Below are positions 49,180-58,664 of a stretch of 64,000 nt of DNA, in pieces (position 1 is the first letter of the stretch; every line of letters starts with the position of its first letter). Below the pieces are notes generated by a model. The model was not told the DNA's origin, did not search any database, and saw nothing but the letters and a program-made list of their open reading frames with translations. The DNA is taken from NCBI GenBank assembly GCA_963850905.1, contig CAWKMU010000004.1, positions 480,001 to 544,000 on the forward strand. The letters run 5' to 3'. The DNA is from an uncultured Gemmatimonadales bacterium. GTDB taxonomy: Bacteria; Gemmatimonadota; Gemmatimonadetes; Gemmatimonadales; Gemmatimonadaceae. A program made the translations under genes and the position numbers.

Positions 49180-50760
49180 CTACTGGACCTCGACGGCCCC
49201 CGCCGTACACGCCGACGCCCGCCCGGCGCCGCGTTGATCGGTCGACGGGCAATGTCGTCCGATCCCGATCGCCGGACTACCAGCGGCCGGCAACATCGTT
49301 TCGGTGACGCCACCGTTGTTCTGAAGTGTGCCCAGGGACGGATCGGCGACCAGCGTGGTCGGCGTGCAGAGCGCACTGGGCGCATCTGAGCCGCCACCGG
49401 CGCGCACGACTGGGTACTGGATATCGCCACCGCCATCCCCGAGCGTCGCGCCGCAGTTGATCGGATTGTACCCATTGCCGACTGTATTGTCCGCCACGAT
49501 CGAGTTCTGCAAGATGAGATGTGTCGATCCGAAGGCGATGCCTCCATCGAACGACACAGGTCCCGGCGCGTGGTTGCCAGCGATCGTCACATTGAGCAGC
49601 GTCCCGCTCACGTTGCCGTCGACGAAGATCCCCCCGCCAAGACCGGTGAGCGCTGTGTTACCGGCGATCGTCGTGTTGGTCAGGTTCGCCGTCGATAGTG
49701 GACCGATGAAGAACCCGCCGGCAGTGCCAGCGGAGTTGTTGGAGATCGTGCTGGCGGACATGGTGATCGTCGTCCCCTGCAGATAGAGACCGCCCGCCGC
49801 GCTCGAGCTGCTGGGCGCGATCACGTTCGAGTCGAGACTCGTCCGGTCAATGATCGTGGGTTCGGTCCCCAAATACGCGACACGAAAGATGCCGCCGCCG
49901 AACGCGTCGCCTGTGTCCGACACTAACCGGTCACCGCAGAACGTGATCGTCGTGCCCTTGCCATCGATGGAGACGCCACCGCCATTGCCGCCGTTGCCGG
50001 GGTTCCCGCCCGTCCCAGTGGCTCTATTCCCAGTGAGGCGGCTGTTCACGAGCGTGAAATTGTTGCCGAGGTTGCCGATCGCGCCGCCGTTGCTGGCCGT
50101 GTTGCGAGTGAAGAGACTCCCGACGACCGTCGTGGGTCCGTTGCCAATTGAGTAGATCGCGCCGCCAGCAACGTCCTGGCCAGTGACCGGGCCATGGTTA
50201 TCGTCGAACGTGGCGTTGATGACCGTCAACGATCCGCCAAGTCTGAAGATCGCCGCGCCGCCGGAGTCGAGACCGGTGGTGTTGGCGACGTCGGTCGTGT
50301 ACCCGTGGCTGAATGTGATGTTTTGTACCGTGAGAGCAGGGTTGGTGACGTTGTAGTACGTCCGGATCGCGAGAATGCCGTGGGCATTGCCGCCGTCCAA
50401 CGCGATCAGACCTCCGCCGTCAATCACGGTGTTCTGGGTGACGAGGTGTTGTCTCGTCATGGGAATCGTGATCGGCTCCGATCCGCAGTCGAACGTGATC
50501 GTACCGCCGGCCGCGAGCGCTGCCGCAAAGCTCGCTTCGGTGCAACTCGCGGCGGTACCCGTCCCGACCACTGTGGTGGGATGCGAAACGTTGGCTGGTG
50601 TGACCGGCGACGTGCACGTCGTCAGGCCACTCCCGGGAGGCCCTGGTGGCGGGCTACCGTGTCCCGGCATCGTGACCGCATCGCTGCCGCAAGCCGTTGA
50701 AGCGACCAGAAGCGCGGCAACGGTGAATCGGTCGAGGAGGGGCATACTTCGAGACGCCAC
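49180..50760 (-). CDS. Lipoprotein with a right-handed beta-helix (GGAI/FxxN repeats) and a choice-of-anchor-Q-like C-terminus
   Basis: Lipobox STA-C; GGAAIF, GGAIY, FTRN; DPSLGTLQNNGG.T.T..P..GSPAI, TDQRG..R...GAVE. Confidence 0.85.
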   Translation of the reverse strand: MASRSMPLLDRFTVAALLVASTACGSDAVTMPGHGSPPPGPPGSGLTTCTSPVTPANVSHPTTVVGTGTAASCTEASFAAALAAGGTITFDCGSEPITIPMTRQHLVTQNTVIDGGGLIALDGGNAHGILAIRTYYNVTNPALTVQNITFSHGYTTDVANTTGLDSGGAAIFRLGGSLTVINATFDDNHGPVTGQDVAGGAIYSIGNGPTTVVGSLFTRNTASNGGAIGNLGNNFTLVNSRLTGNRATGTGGNPGNGGNGGGVSIDGKGTTITFCGDRLVSDTGDAFGGGIFRVAYLGTEPTIIDRTSLDSNVIAPSSSSAAGGLYLQGTTITMSASTISNNSAGTAGGFFIGPLSTANLTNTTIAGNTALTGLGGGIFVDGNVSGTLLNVTIAGNHAPGPVSFDGGIAFGSTHLILQNSIVADNTVGNGYNPINCGATLGDGGGDIQYPVVRAGGGSDAPSALCTPTTLVADPSLGTLQNNGGVTETMLPAAGSPAIGIGRHCPSTDQRGAGRASACTAGAVEVQ

Positions 50761-50842
50761 GATCTAGGTGGCGGTCACGTCGCCATGCGTCCTCGGTTCC
50801 CGCGTCCTTCTCTACGCCGTTCCCCGTTCAGAGAGGAGATGC

Positions 50843-51046
50843 TCACACAATGAACGCGCCGCGCCCCCCCTCGAGCACGGCCAACACGGCCCTCTGGCTC
50901 GGCTCGGGCAGGGTTGCCAGCTTGGCGTCCTTGCTCCCGCCATCTATGAACGAGAACACGACGGTCTCGTCGCTCCGCTCAATACGCGTGACATGATCCA
51001 TGTTGATCGCGAGGGTCGAGTCGAGACGCAACCAGTTCGCAGCCAT
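50843..51046 (-). CDS. Small hypothetical protein (67 aa)
   Basis: GGAG RBS; WLRL....AINMDHVTRIE pattern typical of small beta-rich proteins. Confidence 0.6.
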   Translation of the reverse strand: MAANWLRLDSTLAINMDHVTRIERSDETVVFSFIDGGSKDAKLATLPEPSQRAVLAVLEGGRGAFIV

Positions 51047-51450
51047 GAAGTCTCCGGAGAGCGTGTGGCGCGTAACGTAGCGCCAGTCGCGCGGCTGGGT
51101 AACGTTCACACGAATCGACTCTGCTCGCAGCCAACGCGGGCCTCACCGCCGCGCGGTGTTCCGGCAGGTCAAGCGGCGCGAGGCCGTGCCAGCACGCAGC
51201 CTCTGCAACGCGCTGCCGTCCCACGGTCTCCATCCGGTGATTTTTTGGGCCACGACATGGTCCGAGCACCGCAACTCGCCCTAGGCACTTGAGCGATACG
51301 AGCCGTCCCGCGCCGCTTCCTATCTTCCAACGGCCGGGAACAAGCGAAAGAGGAAGCACGCTCCCTTCGCGTGGCTCGTAGGTCGCGAAGGGGGCGCAGC
51401 CTCATTGTCGACGGGACGTTCAGCGAAGTCACAGAGGGAGAAAGAAAACA

Positions 51451-52060
51451 ATGGCCACGCACGTGATGCCAAAAAATGGGCCGCAGCCACAGGTGGCCGG
51501 GCCCCCACCGGAAGCTGACTGGACGAAGCCGCGAGCGATGGCGATCCCGAAACAGGGCTACTTCACCGTCGAGCAGGGACGATACGGGCCGGTCTTCCCC
51601 CGAACGCCGGCCTGTTACGGATTCACGATCATCGCGAAGATCAAGCCGGGGACGGAAGACGACATCCGACAATACGGTAAGAAGCTGGAGACTGCGGTCG
51701 GCGGTGACCCCAACGTGCTTGCCTCGCTTCAACTGCATTACCTGCGATGGGTGTTGTTCGACATCGGCCCGGACAAGTACTTCATGTATCAGGGAATCTT
51801 CGACACTGACTTCGACAAGTACGTTGAGGACGCAGTCGCTATTTTTGCTCAGACGGGAATCACGACGGTCTTCGAGAAGCTCGACGGATTTCCGGAGGAT
51901 TGGAAGACGAATGCTCCCGCCTTTATCAAGTTCGTCCGCCAACATCAGTGTCCCAGTTTCCTGGAATACGGCGAGTACCCGTACGTCACGGCGGGCGAGA
52001 TCAAGAAGGCCCTGAAATTGAAGCAGGCCTTCGCCGAGATGCTCGACCAGAATGCAGTAA
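51451..52060 (+). CDS. Hypothetical DyP-associated protein; extra A at 52051-52052 (true end probably LDQMQ-stop at 52060)
   Basis: Strong coding bias; LHYLRWVLF, YQGIFDTDFDKY. Removing one A gives TAA at 52058-52060 and removes the overlap with the next gene. Confidence 0.8.
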
Positions 52061-52094
52061 CGCCGGCGCACCAGAAACCCGCTGAGTGTGTGCG

Positions 52095-53429
52095 GTGCTG
52101 CAACTCGACGACATCCAGCATTTCCTGCTGACACGCACGCCCGCACTCGCGGCGCGATATGAATTCCTGACCTTCCGTCAGCCTGACGCCGGACGGGCTT
52201 GGTTGGCTGGCATGATCGATAAGGTCGGCACAGGGCAGTCGGTGGGGTCTGCCTCGCCAGATTCGCGATGGGTGACCGTGGCTTTCACGTGGAACGGCCT
52301 CCGGGCGCTCGGCCTGGACGAAACGTCGTTGGCGACGTTTCCCGAGGAGTTCCGGCAGGGCCTGGCAGGGCGCGCGGAGATCGTGGGCGCCACCGGCCGG
52401 AATCACCCGGATCACTGGATGGGTGAATTAGCCAGTCCAGCTCTTCACGCCATCGGCATCCTGTTCGCCCGCGACGTCGAAGAGCGGGAGCGAGCCAAGC
52501 GGGAGCACGACCGATACCTCTCGCAGATCGACGGAGTGGGACGTCTCTCCGGGTTGGATCTGGAGGCAATTCCGCCAGGCGAAGCACGTGAGCATTTCGG
52601 CTATCGCGATCGTCTGTCGCAGCCGACGATCGAGGGAACAGGCGAGGAGCCGACACCCGGGTCGGGACCGCCCACAAAAGCCGGCGAGTTCTTCCTCGGC
52701 TACCCCGATGAGACCGGCTCGCAGGGGCCCATGCCGCAACCAGACATGCTGTCGCGCAATGGCAGCTACCTGGCATATGTCCGGATGCAGGAGCATGTGG
52801 GCGCCTTTCGCGACTTCCTGCGCCAACAAGGCGCCACGCGCGACGAGCAGGAGCTGATAGCGGCCAAGCTCATGGGGCGATGGCGCAGCGGTGCTCCTCT
52901 CGTCCTGGCACCCCAGAGGGACGACCCGGCGCTCGGGACCGACATGCAGCGCACCAACAACTTCGCCTACAAAACGGAGGACCCGTACGGCTACAGTTGT
53001 CCCGTCGGGTCCCATATCCGGCGCATGAACCCGCGTGACACGGCGGAGAACATGCAGCGGCGCAAGATGATTCGCCGCGGAGGCACGTACGGCCCGCCCC
53101 TGCCAGAAGGCGCGCCTGAGGACGGCGTGGAGCGCGGGGTCGCCGCGTTCATTGGGTGTGCGAGCTTGGTCCGACAGTTCGAGTTTGCAATGAACGTGTG
53201 GGCCAACGATCCCAAGTTCAAAGACCTCGGCAACGAGCGCGACCCGATCATCGGCACCCAGGATGGCACGTTCGACATGACCATTCCAAAGAAGCCGATT
53301 CGAAGAAAACTCAAGGGACTGCCTGCCTTCACCACCATACGGGGAGGCGCCTACTTCTTCCTCCCCGGCATTCGCGCGCTGCGGTTCCTCGCGGCAGGCC
53401 GTCCAGGAGTTACCCAACCAGCAGGATGA
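52095..53429 (+). CDS. Dyp-type (dye-decolorizing) heme peroxidase
   Basis: EHFGYRDRLSQP (distal Asp), GEFFLGY, MGRWRSGAP, SHIRRMNPR (proximal His), IRRG, GGAYFFLP. Confidence 0.92.
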   Translation: MLQLDDIQHFLLTRTPALAARYEFLTFRQPDAGRAWLAGMIDKVGTGQSVGSASPDSRWVTVAFTWNGLRALGLDETSLATFPEEFRQGLAGRAEIVGATGRNHPDHWMGELASPALHAIGILFARDVEERERAKREHDRYLSQIDGVGRLSGLDLEAIPPGEAREHFGYRDRLSQPTIEGTGEEPTPGSGPPTKAGEFFLGYPDETGSQGPMPQPDMLSRNGSYLAYVRMQEHVGAFRDFLRQQGATRDEQELIAAKLMGRWRSGAPLVLAPQRDDPALGTDMQRTNNFAYKTEDPYGYSCPVGSHIRRMNPRDTAENMQRRKMIRRGGTYGPPLPEGAPEDGVERGVAAFIGCASLVRQFEFAMNVWANDPKFKDLGNERDPIIGTQDGTFDMTIPKKPIRRKLKGLPAFTTIRGGAYFFLPGIRALRFLAAGRPGVTQPAG

Positions 53430-53448
53430 CGACCCGGGAGGACACGAA

Positions 53449-54465
53449 ATGCCGACACTGAAAAGCCGTCCGCGAACGTACAACCAGGTCCAGACCCCGC
53501 GGAAATACACCCAAGGGAAACCACGCGTCAGCATTTACTGGACGTGGAGTTACCCCTGGGAAGCGAACCGTGATACCACCGAGCTGGACAACCGCTTCTC
53601 GACGATGACTGAGGTTCGTCGAGTGGGGTGGCCTGCCTACGAGACGATCGAGTTTTCCGAGAAAATGTTCGTGCAGGGAATCGCCGGAACGCTCGAGCTG
53701 TTCCACTTGGGCCTCCTGAGATTCCAGCAGTGCGTCAGCGAGGTAACGGGACATCCAGTCGCCGTCTACCAGCGCATCGATCAGGCGGGGCAAAAGCTTC
53801 CGCTCGATGAGCGGGTGCTCGACGATACCGACGTGCTCATGGTATTCGGGCTGGATCATATCGTGACCGAGCAGGAGGCGGCTCCCGAGGAGATCGAGGC
53901 CGTTCGGCACTTTCTTGCTCGGGAAGGAACGCGCCTCATCCTCGGACCGCACCACGACGTCGGAGTGTCCAGCGATCTGAAGGAACGCGCCATGGAGTAC
54001 GCGCATCACGGCGACCCGCTCGTGCCCCGCCAGCAACGCTTCGGCAAATACACGCGTTCGCTCATGAAAGGCCTCGCAGTCCCCGTCGAGAATCGCTACG
54101 GCCTCCGCCCAGCGACGATTCCGGGCACGAACACCCTCCAGCCACTCCGCACCTCGAAGGACCTGGATGCTCGCGACTGGCTCGCCGGTGTCACCACGTT
54201 CAATTTCCACATGCACCTGCCCCATTACGCCGTGACGACCAGTGATCCGGCCGTCATCCATGTATTGGCGCGGCAAGCGATCGACATGGCACATCCGCAT
54301 CCGTTCACGGAAGCCGGGAACCGCGAGTTCAATATGCTGCTCTGGATGCCTCCGAGGGGCGAACGCGCCGGCGACATCGTGCTCGCAGATTCCACCATCT
54401 TCAGCACGTTGTTCGGCGGGAATGAGAGCCTGGATCGTTTCTGGAAGAACATCGCGACCAAATGA
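53449..54465 (+). CDS. Hypothetical His-rich protein downstream of DyP
   Basis: GGAGG RBS; GLDH, GPHHDVG, HHGD, FHMHLPHY, HPHPF. Confidence 0.8.
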   Translation: MPTLKSRPRTYNQVQTPRKYTQGKPRVSIYWTWSYPWEANRDTTELDNRFSTMTEVRRVGWPAYETIEFSEKMFVQGIAGTLELFHLGLLRFQQCVSEVTGHPVAVYQRIDQAGQKLPLDERVLDDTDVLMVFGLDHIVTEQEAAPEEIEAVRHFLAREGTRLILGPHHDVGVSSDLKERAMEYAHHGDPLVPRQQRFGKYTRSLMKGLAVPVENRYGLRPATIPGTNTLQPLRTSKDLDARDWLAGVTTFNFHMHLPHYAVTTSDPAVIHVLARQAIDMAHPHPFTEAGNREFNMLLWMPPRGERAGDIVLADSTIFSTLFGGNESLDRFWKNIATK

Positions 54466-54488
54466 TTGTTGCTGGGTGACGCGCCCGC

Positions 54489-55418
54489 ATGGCCCGCCCA
54501 CGCTGTCACCGGGTGACGCTTCTCGCATCGCTCTGCGTGCTGAACGCGACAACGGCAGTCCGCGCTCAGAACAGAGGCGTGTATCCTCTCGGAATGAGCG
54601 CGACCAACTCCGGAGTGACGCCGCTCCCGGGATTCACCTACTCCAACCAGTTGCTTTTCTACTCGCGCGATGAGGCGAAGAGCAATGATGGCTCAACGTT
54701 GTCAGTCGCCGGCAACAACGCCCTCCTGATGGACATGAACACGCTGATCTGGGTGAGCCGCAAGGAAATCCTGGGTGGCGCTCACTATTCGGCTTTCGTA
54801 ACGCTCCCGTTCGCCAAGAACGATCTCACATCCGACGTGAACGGCAAAATCAGCGGAGGGGGCGGATTTGCCGACTCATACTACGTGCCATTCGTCCTGG
54901 GCTGGAACAAGGAGCGCGTGGCCCTTCGCATTCTCTACGGATTCCTGGCCCCCACCGGCCGTTTTGTGGCAGACGGCGGTGATAATGTTGGTTCCGGATA
55001 TTGGACGAACGCCTTCTCGTCTGGCCAGACGTTCTATCTGACTGATGACAGGGCTTGGGCGGTCTCGGCGTACGAGATGTACGAGCTTCATACCACGCAG
55101 GAAGGCACCGGCACGCGCCCCGGCGATACGTTTGATCTCGACTACTCCGCGACGCGAACATTCACCCTCACAAAGGCTACCGCTCTACAAGTCGGAGTTG
55201 GCGGCTACAATGCACGCCAGACCACAGCGAAGACAGGGCCGGAGATCACGGCGGATCAATCAGAGGAGCGTTACGCCGTCAATGCGCTCGGTTTCGTGAC
55301 AAATCTGACGCTCGCGAATCGGAGAGTGAACGCGGGCGTGAAGTTCTTCGAGGAATTTGCGAATCGAGCGACGTTCCAGGGTTTCTCCCTGCAGCTGTCC
55401 GGCTCGGTGCATTTGTAG
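54489..55418 (+). CDS. SphA/Phenol_MetA_deg family outer-membrane beta-barrel
   Basis: Signal peptide; YPLG, GFADSY..P..LGW, APTGRF...NVGSGYW, PGD.F.LDY. Confidence 0.85.
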   Translation: MARPRCHRVTLLASLCVLNATTAVRAQNRGVYPLGMSATNSGVTPLPGFTYSNQLLFYSRDEAKSNDGSTLSVAGNNALLMDMNTLIWVSRKEILGGAHYSAFVTLPFAKNDLTSDVNGKISGGGGFADSYYVPFVLGWNKERVALRILYGFLAPTGRFVADGGDNVGSGYWTNAFSSGQTFYLTDDRAWAVSAYEMYELHTTQEGTGTRPGDTFDLDYSATRTFTLTKATALQVGVGGYNARQTTAKTGPEITADQSEERYAVNALGFVTNLTLANRRVNAGVKFFEEFANRATFQGFSLQLSGSVHL

Positions 55419-55521
55419 TCGCTTCGCATGCGCCAAGGGGATGAAACAAGAGCGTGGGGCTGCAGGGCCTGCGACGCGCGCGCCGTTCTCTCCTTGCGCC
55501 TACGCACCCACAAAGGAGTGC

Positions 55522-55932
55522 ATGATGACCACCGGCCCGATGACGACCGTCCGGCACTACATCGACGGTTTCAATAGAGGTGACGCGACGGCGATGGCGG
55601 CGGCGTTTGCCATTCCGGGGTCGATCCTAGACGGCATGGCTCCGCATGTGTGGCACGGGCCGACCGCCGCTCAAGATTGGTACAGAGACGTGTTGGCGGA
55701 AGGTGAGGATGCAGGTGTTTCAGGTTATGCGGTTACTCTGGGCGAGCCGCTGCATGTCGACGTCACCGGGGATAGCGCGTATGTCGTCGTTCCCGCGTCC
55801 ATGACATTCACGACCCGCGGCAGGCAGGTCACTCAGTCCGGCGCGCTTTTTACTGTGGCGCTTCACAAGCTCAACCAGGAGTGGCGGATCGTGGCCTGGG
55901 CCTGGGCAAAAGGTAGTACGGCCATCCCATAG
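55522..55932 (+). CDS. NTF2/SnoaL-like protein
   Basis: AAGGAG RBS; YIDGFNRGD, GDSAYVVVP, WRIVAWAW. Confidence 0.85.
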   Translation: MMTTGPMTTVRHYIDGFNRGDATAMAAAFAIPGSILDGMAPHVWHGPTAAQDWYRDVLAEGEDAGVSGYAVTLGEPLHVDVTGDSAYVVVPASMTFTTRGRQVTQSGALFTVALHKLNQEWRIVAWAWAKGSTAIP

Positions 55933-55945
55933 CCCGCTCACCTCC

Positions 55946-56857
55946 ATGCAAGAGTCCGCCGCGGCGATCTACGCGTCGATCATCGCGAACCTGCTCATCG
56001 CGGTGCTCAAGTTCACCGCGGGGCTCGTCACGGGCAGTTCCGCCATGGTGGCGGAAGGGATCCATTCGGTCGTCGACAGCGCCAACGGGTCGCTACTGCT
56101 CGTCGGCCAACGCCGGAGCCGTCGACCGCCAGACGACAGCCATCCGTTCGGCTACGGGCACGAGATGTACTTCTGGTCGATGGTCGTGGCGATGCTGTTC
56201 TTCGGCGTCGGCGGGGGCGTGTCGGTGTATCAGGGAATCCATCGGGTACTACAACCCGAGCCGCTCGAGAATGCCGTCTGGAGCTACGTAGTGCTCGCCG
56301 GCGCTGGCGTGATCAATGGCGCATCGTTCCTGATTGGGTTTCGTCAGTTCAGGCGAACGACTGAGGGTCGTGGTTTTTGGGGCACGGTGCGCGCGAGCAA
56401 GGATCCGTCCCTGTTCAGCGTCGTACTGGAGGACGTCGCCGATCTGATTGGCGTTGGCATCGCGTTCGTTGCGATCGCGCTCGCGCGAGCGCTCCATGCG
56501 CCCTGGATCGATGGCGCCGGGTCGATCGGGATCGGCCTGGTGCTGGCGGGAATCGCGTTTGTCCTCATGCGGGAAAGCAAGGCGCTGCTGATTGGCGAGC
56601 GCGCCCGTGGAGACGTCATCGACGCCGCGCACGCTGCCGCCGCTGGCGAGCCGGCGATCCTGGCCATCCGGCAGCTCCTCACGTTGCAATTGGGTCCCGA
56701 AGACGTGCTCATTGGGTTCGGCGCCGAGTTTGAGCCCAGCCTTACCGCATCACAAGTGGCTGATGCCGTGGATCGCCTCGAGCGGGTGATCATGTCCGCG
56801 CACCCGGAGGTCAGGCACATCTATATAGAAGCGGAGGCCTTACGGGGCCGGCACTAG
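55946..56857 (+). CDS. Cation diffusion facilitator family transporter
   Basis: GSSAMVAEGIHSVVD, HPFGYG.E.YF, VLEDVAD, cytosolic C-terminal domain. Confidence 0.93.
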   Translation: MQESAAAIYASIIANLLIAVLKFTAGLVTGSSAMVAEGIHSVVDSANGSLLLVGQRRSRRPPDDSHPFGYGHEMYFWSMVVAMLFFGVGGGVSVYQGIHRVLQPEPLENAVWSYVVLAGAGVINGASFLIGFRQFRRTTEGRGFWGTVRASKDPSLFSVVLEDVADLIGVGIAFVAIALARALHAPWIDGAGSIGIGLVLAGIAFVLMRESKALLIGERARGDVIDAAHAAAAGEPAILAIRQLLTLQLGPEDVLIGFGAEFEPSLTASQVADAVDRLERVIMSAHPEVRHIYIEAEALRGRH

Positions 56858-56872
56858 CGACGTTGGTCCTCC

Positions 56873-56953
56873 TGAACGATCAGGGATGTGGCCCATGTTA
56901 CAGTCAACCAAGCGTTGCCGTAGACCGGTAGGGGCGACGACCGCCGTTTGCCT
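56873..56953 (+). repeat. Extended REP-containing element, copy A (REP hairpin partly deleted)
   Basis: Aligns with 61276-61360 from TGAACGA to CCGCCGTTTGCCT. Confidence 0.7.
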
Positions 56954-57047
56954 GGCCACAGCGAGTAACCACAACGGCGCGTAGAGAACCAGGGTCGATC
57001 AAATGCGGACCAGGTGCCTCCCTGTACCGAAGCGAATGGTGCGTCCT

Positions 57048-57103
57048 CAGCGTCCAGCGTCCAGCGTCTAACTTCCAACGTCCAACGTCCAGCGTCTAGC
57101 GTC
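57048..57103 (+). repeat. Heptamer tract (YARCGTC) x8
   Basis: cagcgtc x3, taacttc, caacgtc x2, cagcgtc, tagcgtc. Confidence 0.93.
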
Positions 57104-57147
57104 TAATTTTGATTGCCCTGTTAGAATCGGAAAACCTGGAGGCGATC

Positions 57148-58461
57148 TTGAGCGCAACTCAGCCGCGCGTAGTGATCGTTGGCGGCGGATTCGGCGGACT
57201 CTCCGCGACGCGCCATTTGGCTGGGGCTCCCGTCAGCGTCACGCTCATCGACAAACGGAACTACAATCTCTTCCGTCCCATGCTGTACCAGGTAGCCACG
57301 GGGCTCCTATCCGCCGACGAAATTGCCGGGCCCCTCCGTTCGATCCTCAACCGCCAGCAAAATGTCGAGGTGCTGCTCGACGAAGTCGGCGGCATCGATA
57401 CGGAGAAGCGGCTGGTGCATTTGAAACAGCACGTGGTGCCGTACGACTTCCTCGTGCTCGCGACCGGGATTGAGTACAACTACTTTGGTCACGAGGACTG
57501 GCGTAGCGCCGCGCCGGGCCTCGAATCACTCGACGACGCCGACCTGATTCGCGGCAAGGTCCTGCTGGCCTTCGAGCGCGCCGAGGAGATTGCCGCGCTC
57601 GACCACGCGGACACGGAGAAAATACGCCAACTGCTCACGTTTGTCCTCGTCGGCGGGGGGACCGTCGGCGTGGAAATGGCGAGCACGCTGGCGGAAATGT
57701 CGCGCATGGCCCTGACGCACGATTTCCGCCACATCGATCCTCGCTCGGCGAGGATTCTCCTGTACGAGGCCGCCCCGCGAGTGCTTCCCACCTTTCCGGA
57801 GGTCCTTTCGACCAAGGCAATGCGCCATCTGGAGAGTCTGGGCGTGAAGGTGTTCACGAACACACGCGTCACGAATGTGGACGCCGCCGGCATCGTCGCC
57901 AATGGTGAGCGCGTGCCGGCCGCTACGGTGTTGTGGAGTGCTGGCGTGCTTGCGTCTCCCGCAGGCCGATGGCTGGGAGCGGCAATGGACAAGTCGGGGA
58001 AGATCATCGTGAACTCGGACTTTTCCGTGCCGGGGCACCCCGAGATTTTTGCGATTGGCGATACGGCGCACATCGTCGCGCCCGCGCGGAATTTGTTGGG
58101 CATGAAGGTGAAAGAGCCAATGGTCATGCCCGGGGTAGCACAGCCGGCCATCCAGGAAGGGAAGTACGTGGCCCGCGTGATTCGGCGACGCGCGCAGGGA
58201 CAGTCGCCGCCGGCGCCCTTCTGGTACTGGGACAAAGGCGATCTCGCGATTGTGGGCCGCACCTATGCCGTCGCGGATCTGCGATTCGTGCGCTTCGCGG
58301 GATTCCCAGCCTGGTTTGTCTGGGCCGCAGTGCACATCTATTTCCTGATCGGATTCGCGAACCGCTTCTTCGTGATGCTCCAGTGGGCAGTCACGTTTGT
58401 GACGAAGCGGCGCCAGGTGCGCGTGTTCCCGGAGCCAGACGACGCCGCGAAGACGCCGTAG
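57148..58461 (+). CDS. ndh: Type II NADH dehydrogenase family flavoprotein
   Basis: VIVGGGFGG, LFRPMLYQVATG, VGGGTVGVE, FAIGD, PGVAQPAIQEG, DKG.LA.VGR; GGAGG RBS with TTG. Confidence 0.88.
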   Translation: MSATQPRVVIVGGGFGGLSATRHLAGAPVSVTLIDKRNYNLFRPMLYQVATGLLSADEIAGPLRSILNRQQNVEVLLDEVGGIDTEKRLVHLKQHVVPYDFLVLATGIEYNYFGHEDWRSAAPGLESLDDADLIRGKVLLAFERAEEIAALDHADTEKIRQLLTFVLVGGGTVGVEMASTLAEMSRMALTHDFRHIDPRSARILLYEAAPRVLPTFPEVLSTKAMRHLESLGVKVFTNTRVTNVDAAGIVANGERVPAATVLWSAGVLASPAGRWLGAAMDKSGKIIVNSDFSVPGHPEIFAIGDTAHIVAPARNLLGMKVKEPMVMPGVAQPAIQEGKYVARVIRRRAQGQSPPAPFWYWDKGDLAIVGRTYAVADLRFVRFAGFPAWFVWAAVHIYFLIGFANRFFVMLQWAVTFVTKRRQVRVFPEPDDAAKTP

Positions 58462-58482
58462 GGGCAACGCCATGCGTCGCCC
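58458..58482 (+). repeat. GTAG REP whose TAG is the stop codon of ndh
   Basis: GTAGGGGCAACGCCATGCGTCGCCC. Confidence 0.8.
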
Positions 58483-58533
58483 GCTGGCATAAGACAGGTA
58501 ACCCGCGCCGGACCAAGCGTCACAGCTGATAGG

Positions 58534-58664
58534 AGACAGGAGAAAGGAGACCGAGGAGCGCGGCCTCATGGCGCATAGCCCACCCAGGCCACCCAACCTC
58601 TTGGTCTCCTTTCTCCTTTCTGCGTCGCTCCTCTCTATTTTGGCCCGCTGTGCGGGCCAAAATC
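58534..58664 (+). repeat. Dispersed TCTCT-hairpin element, copy 4 (full composite form)
   Basis: 19-bp inverted arms at 58534-58552 and 58603-58621 (1 mismatch), then ATTTTGGCCCGC-TGT-GCGGGCCAAAAT. Confidence 0.8.
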
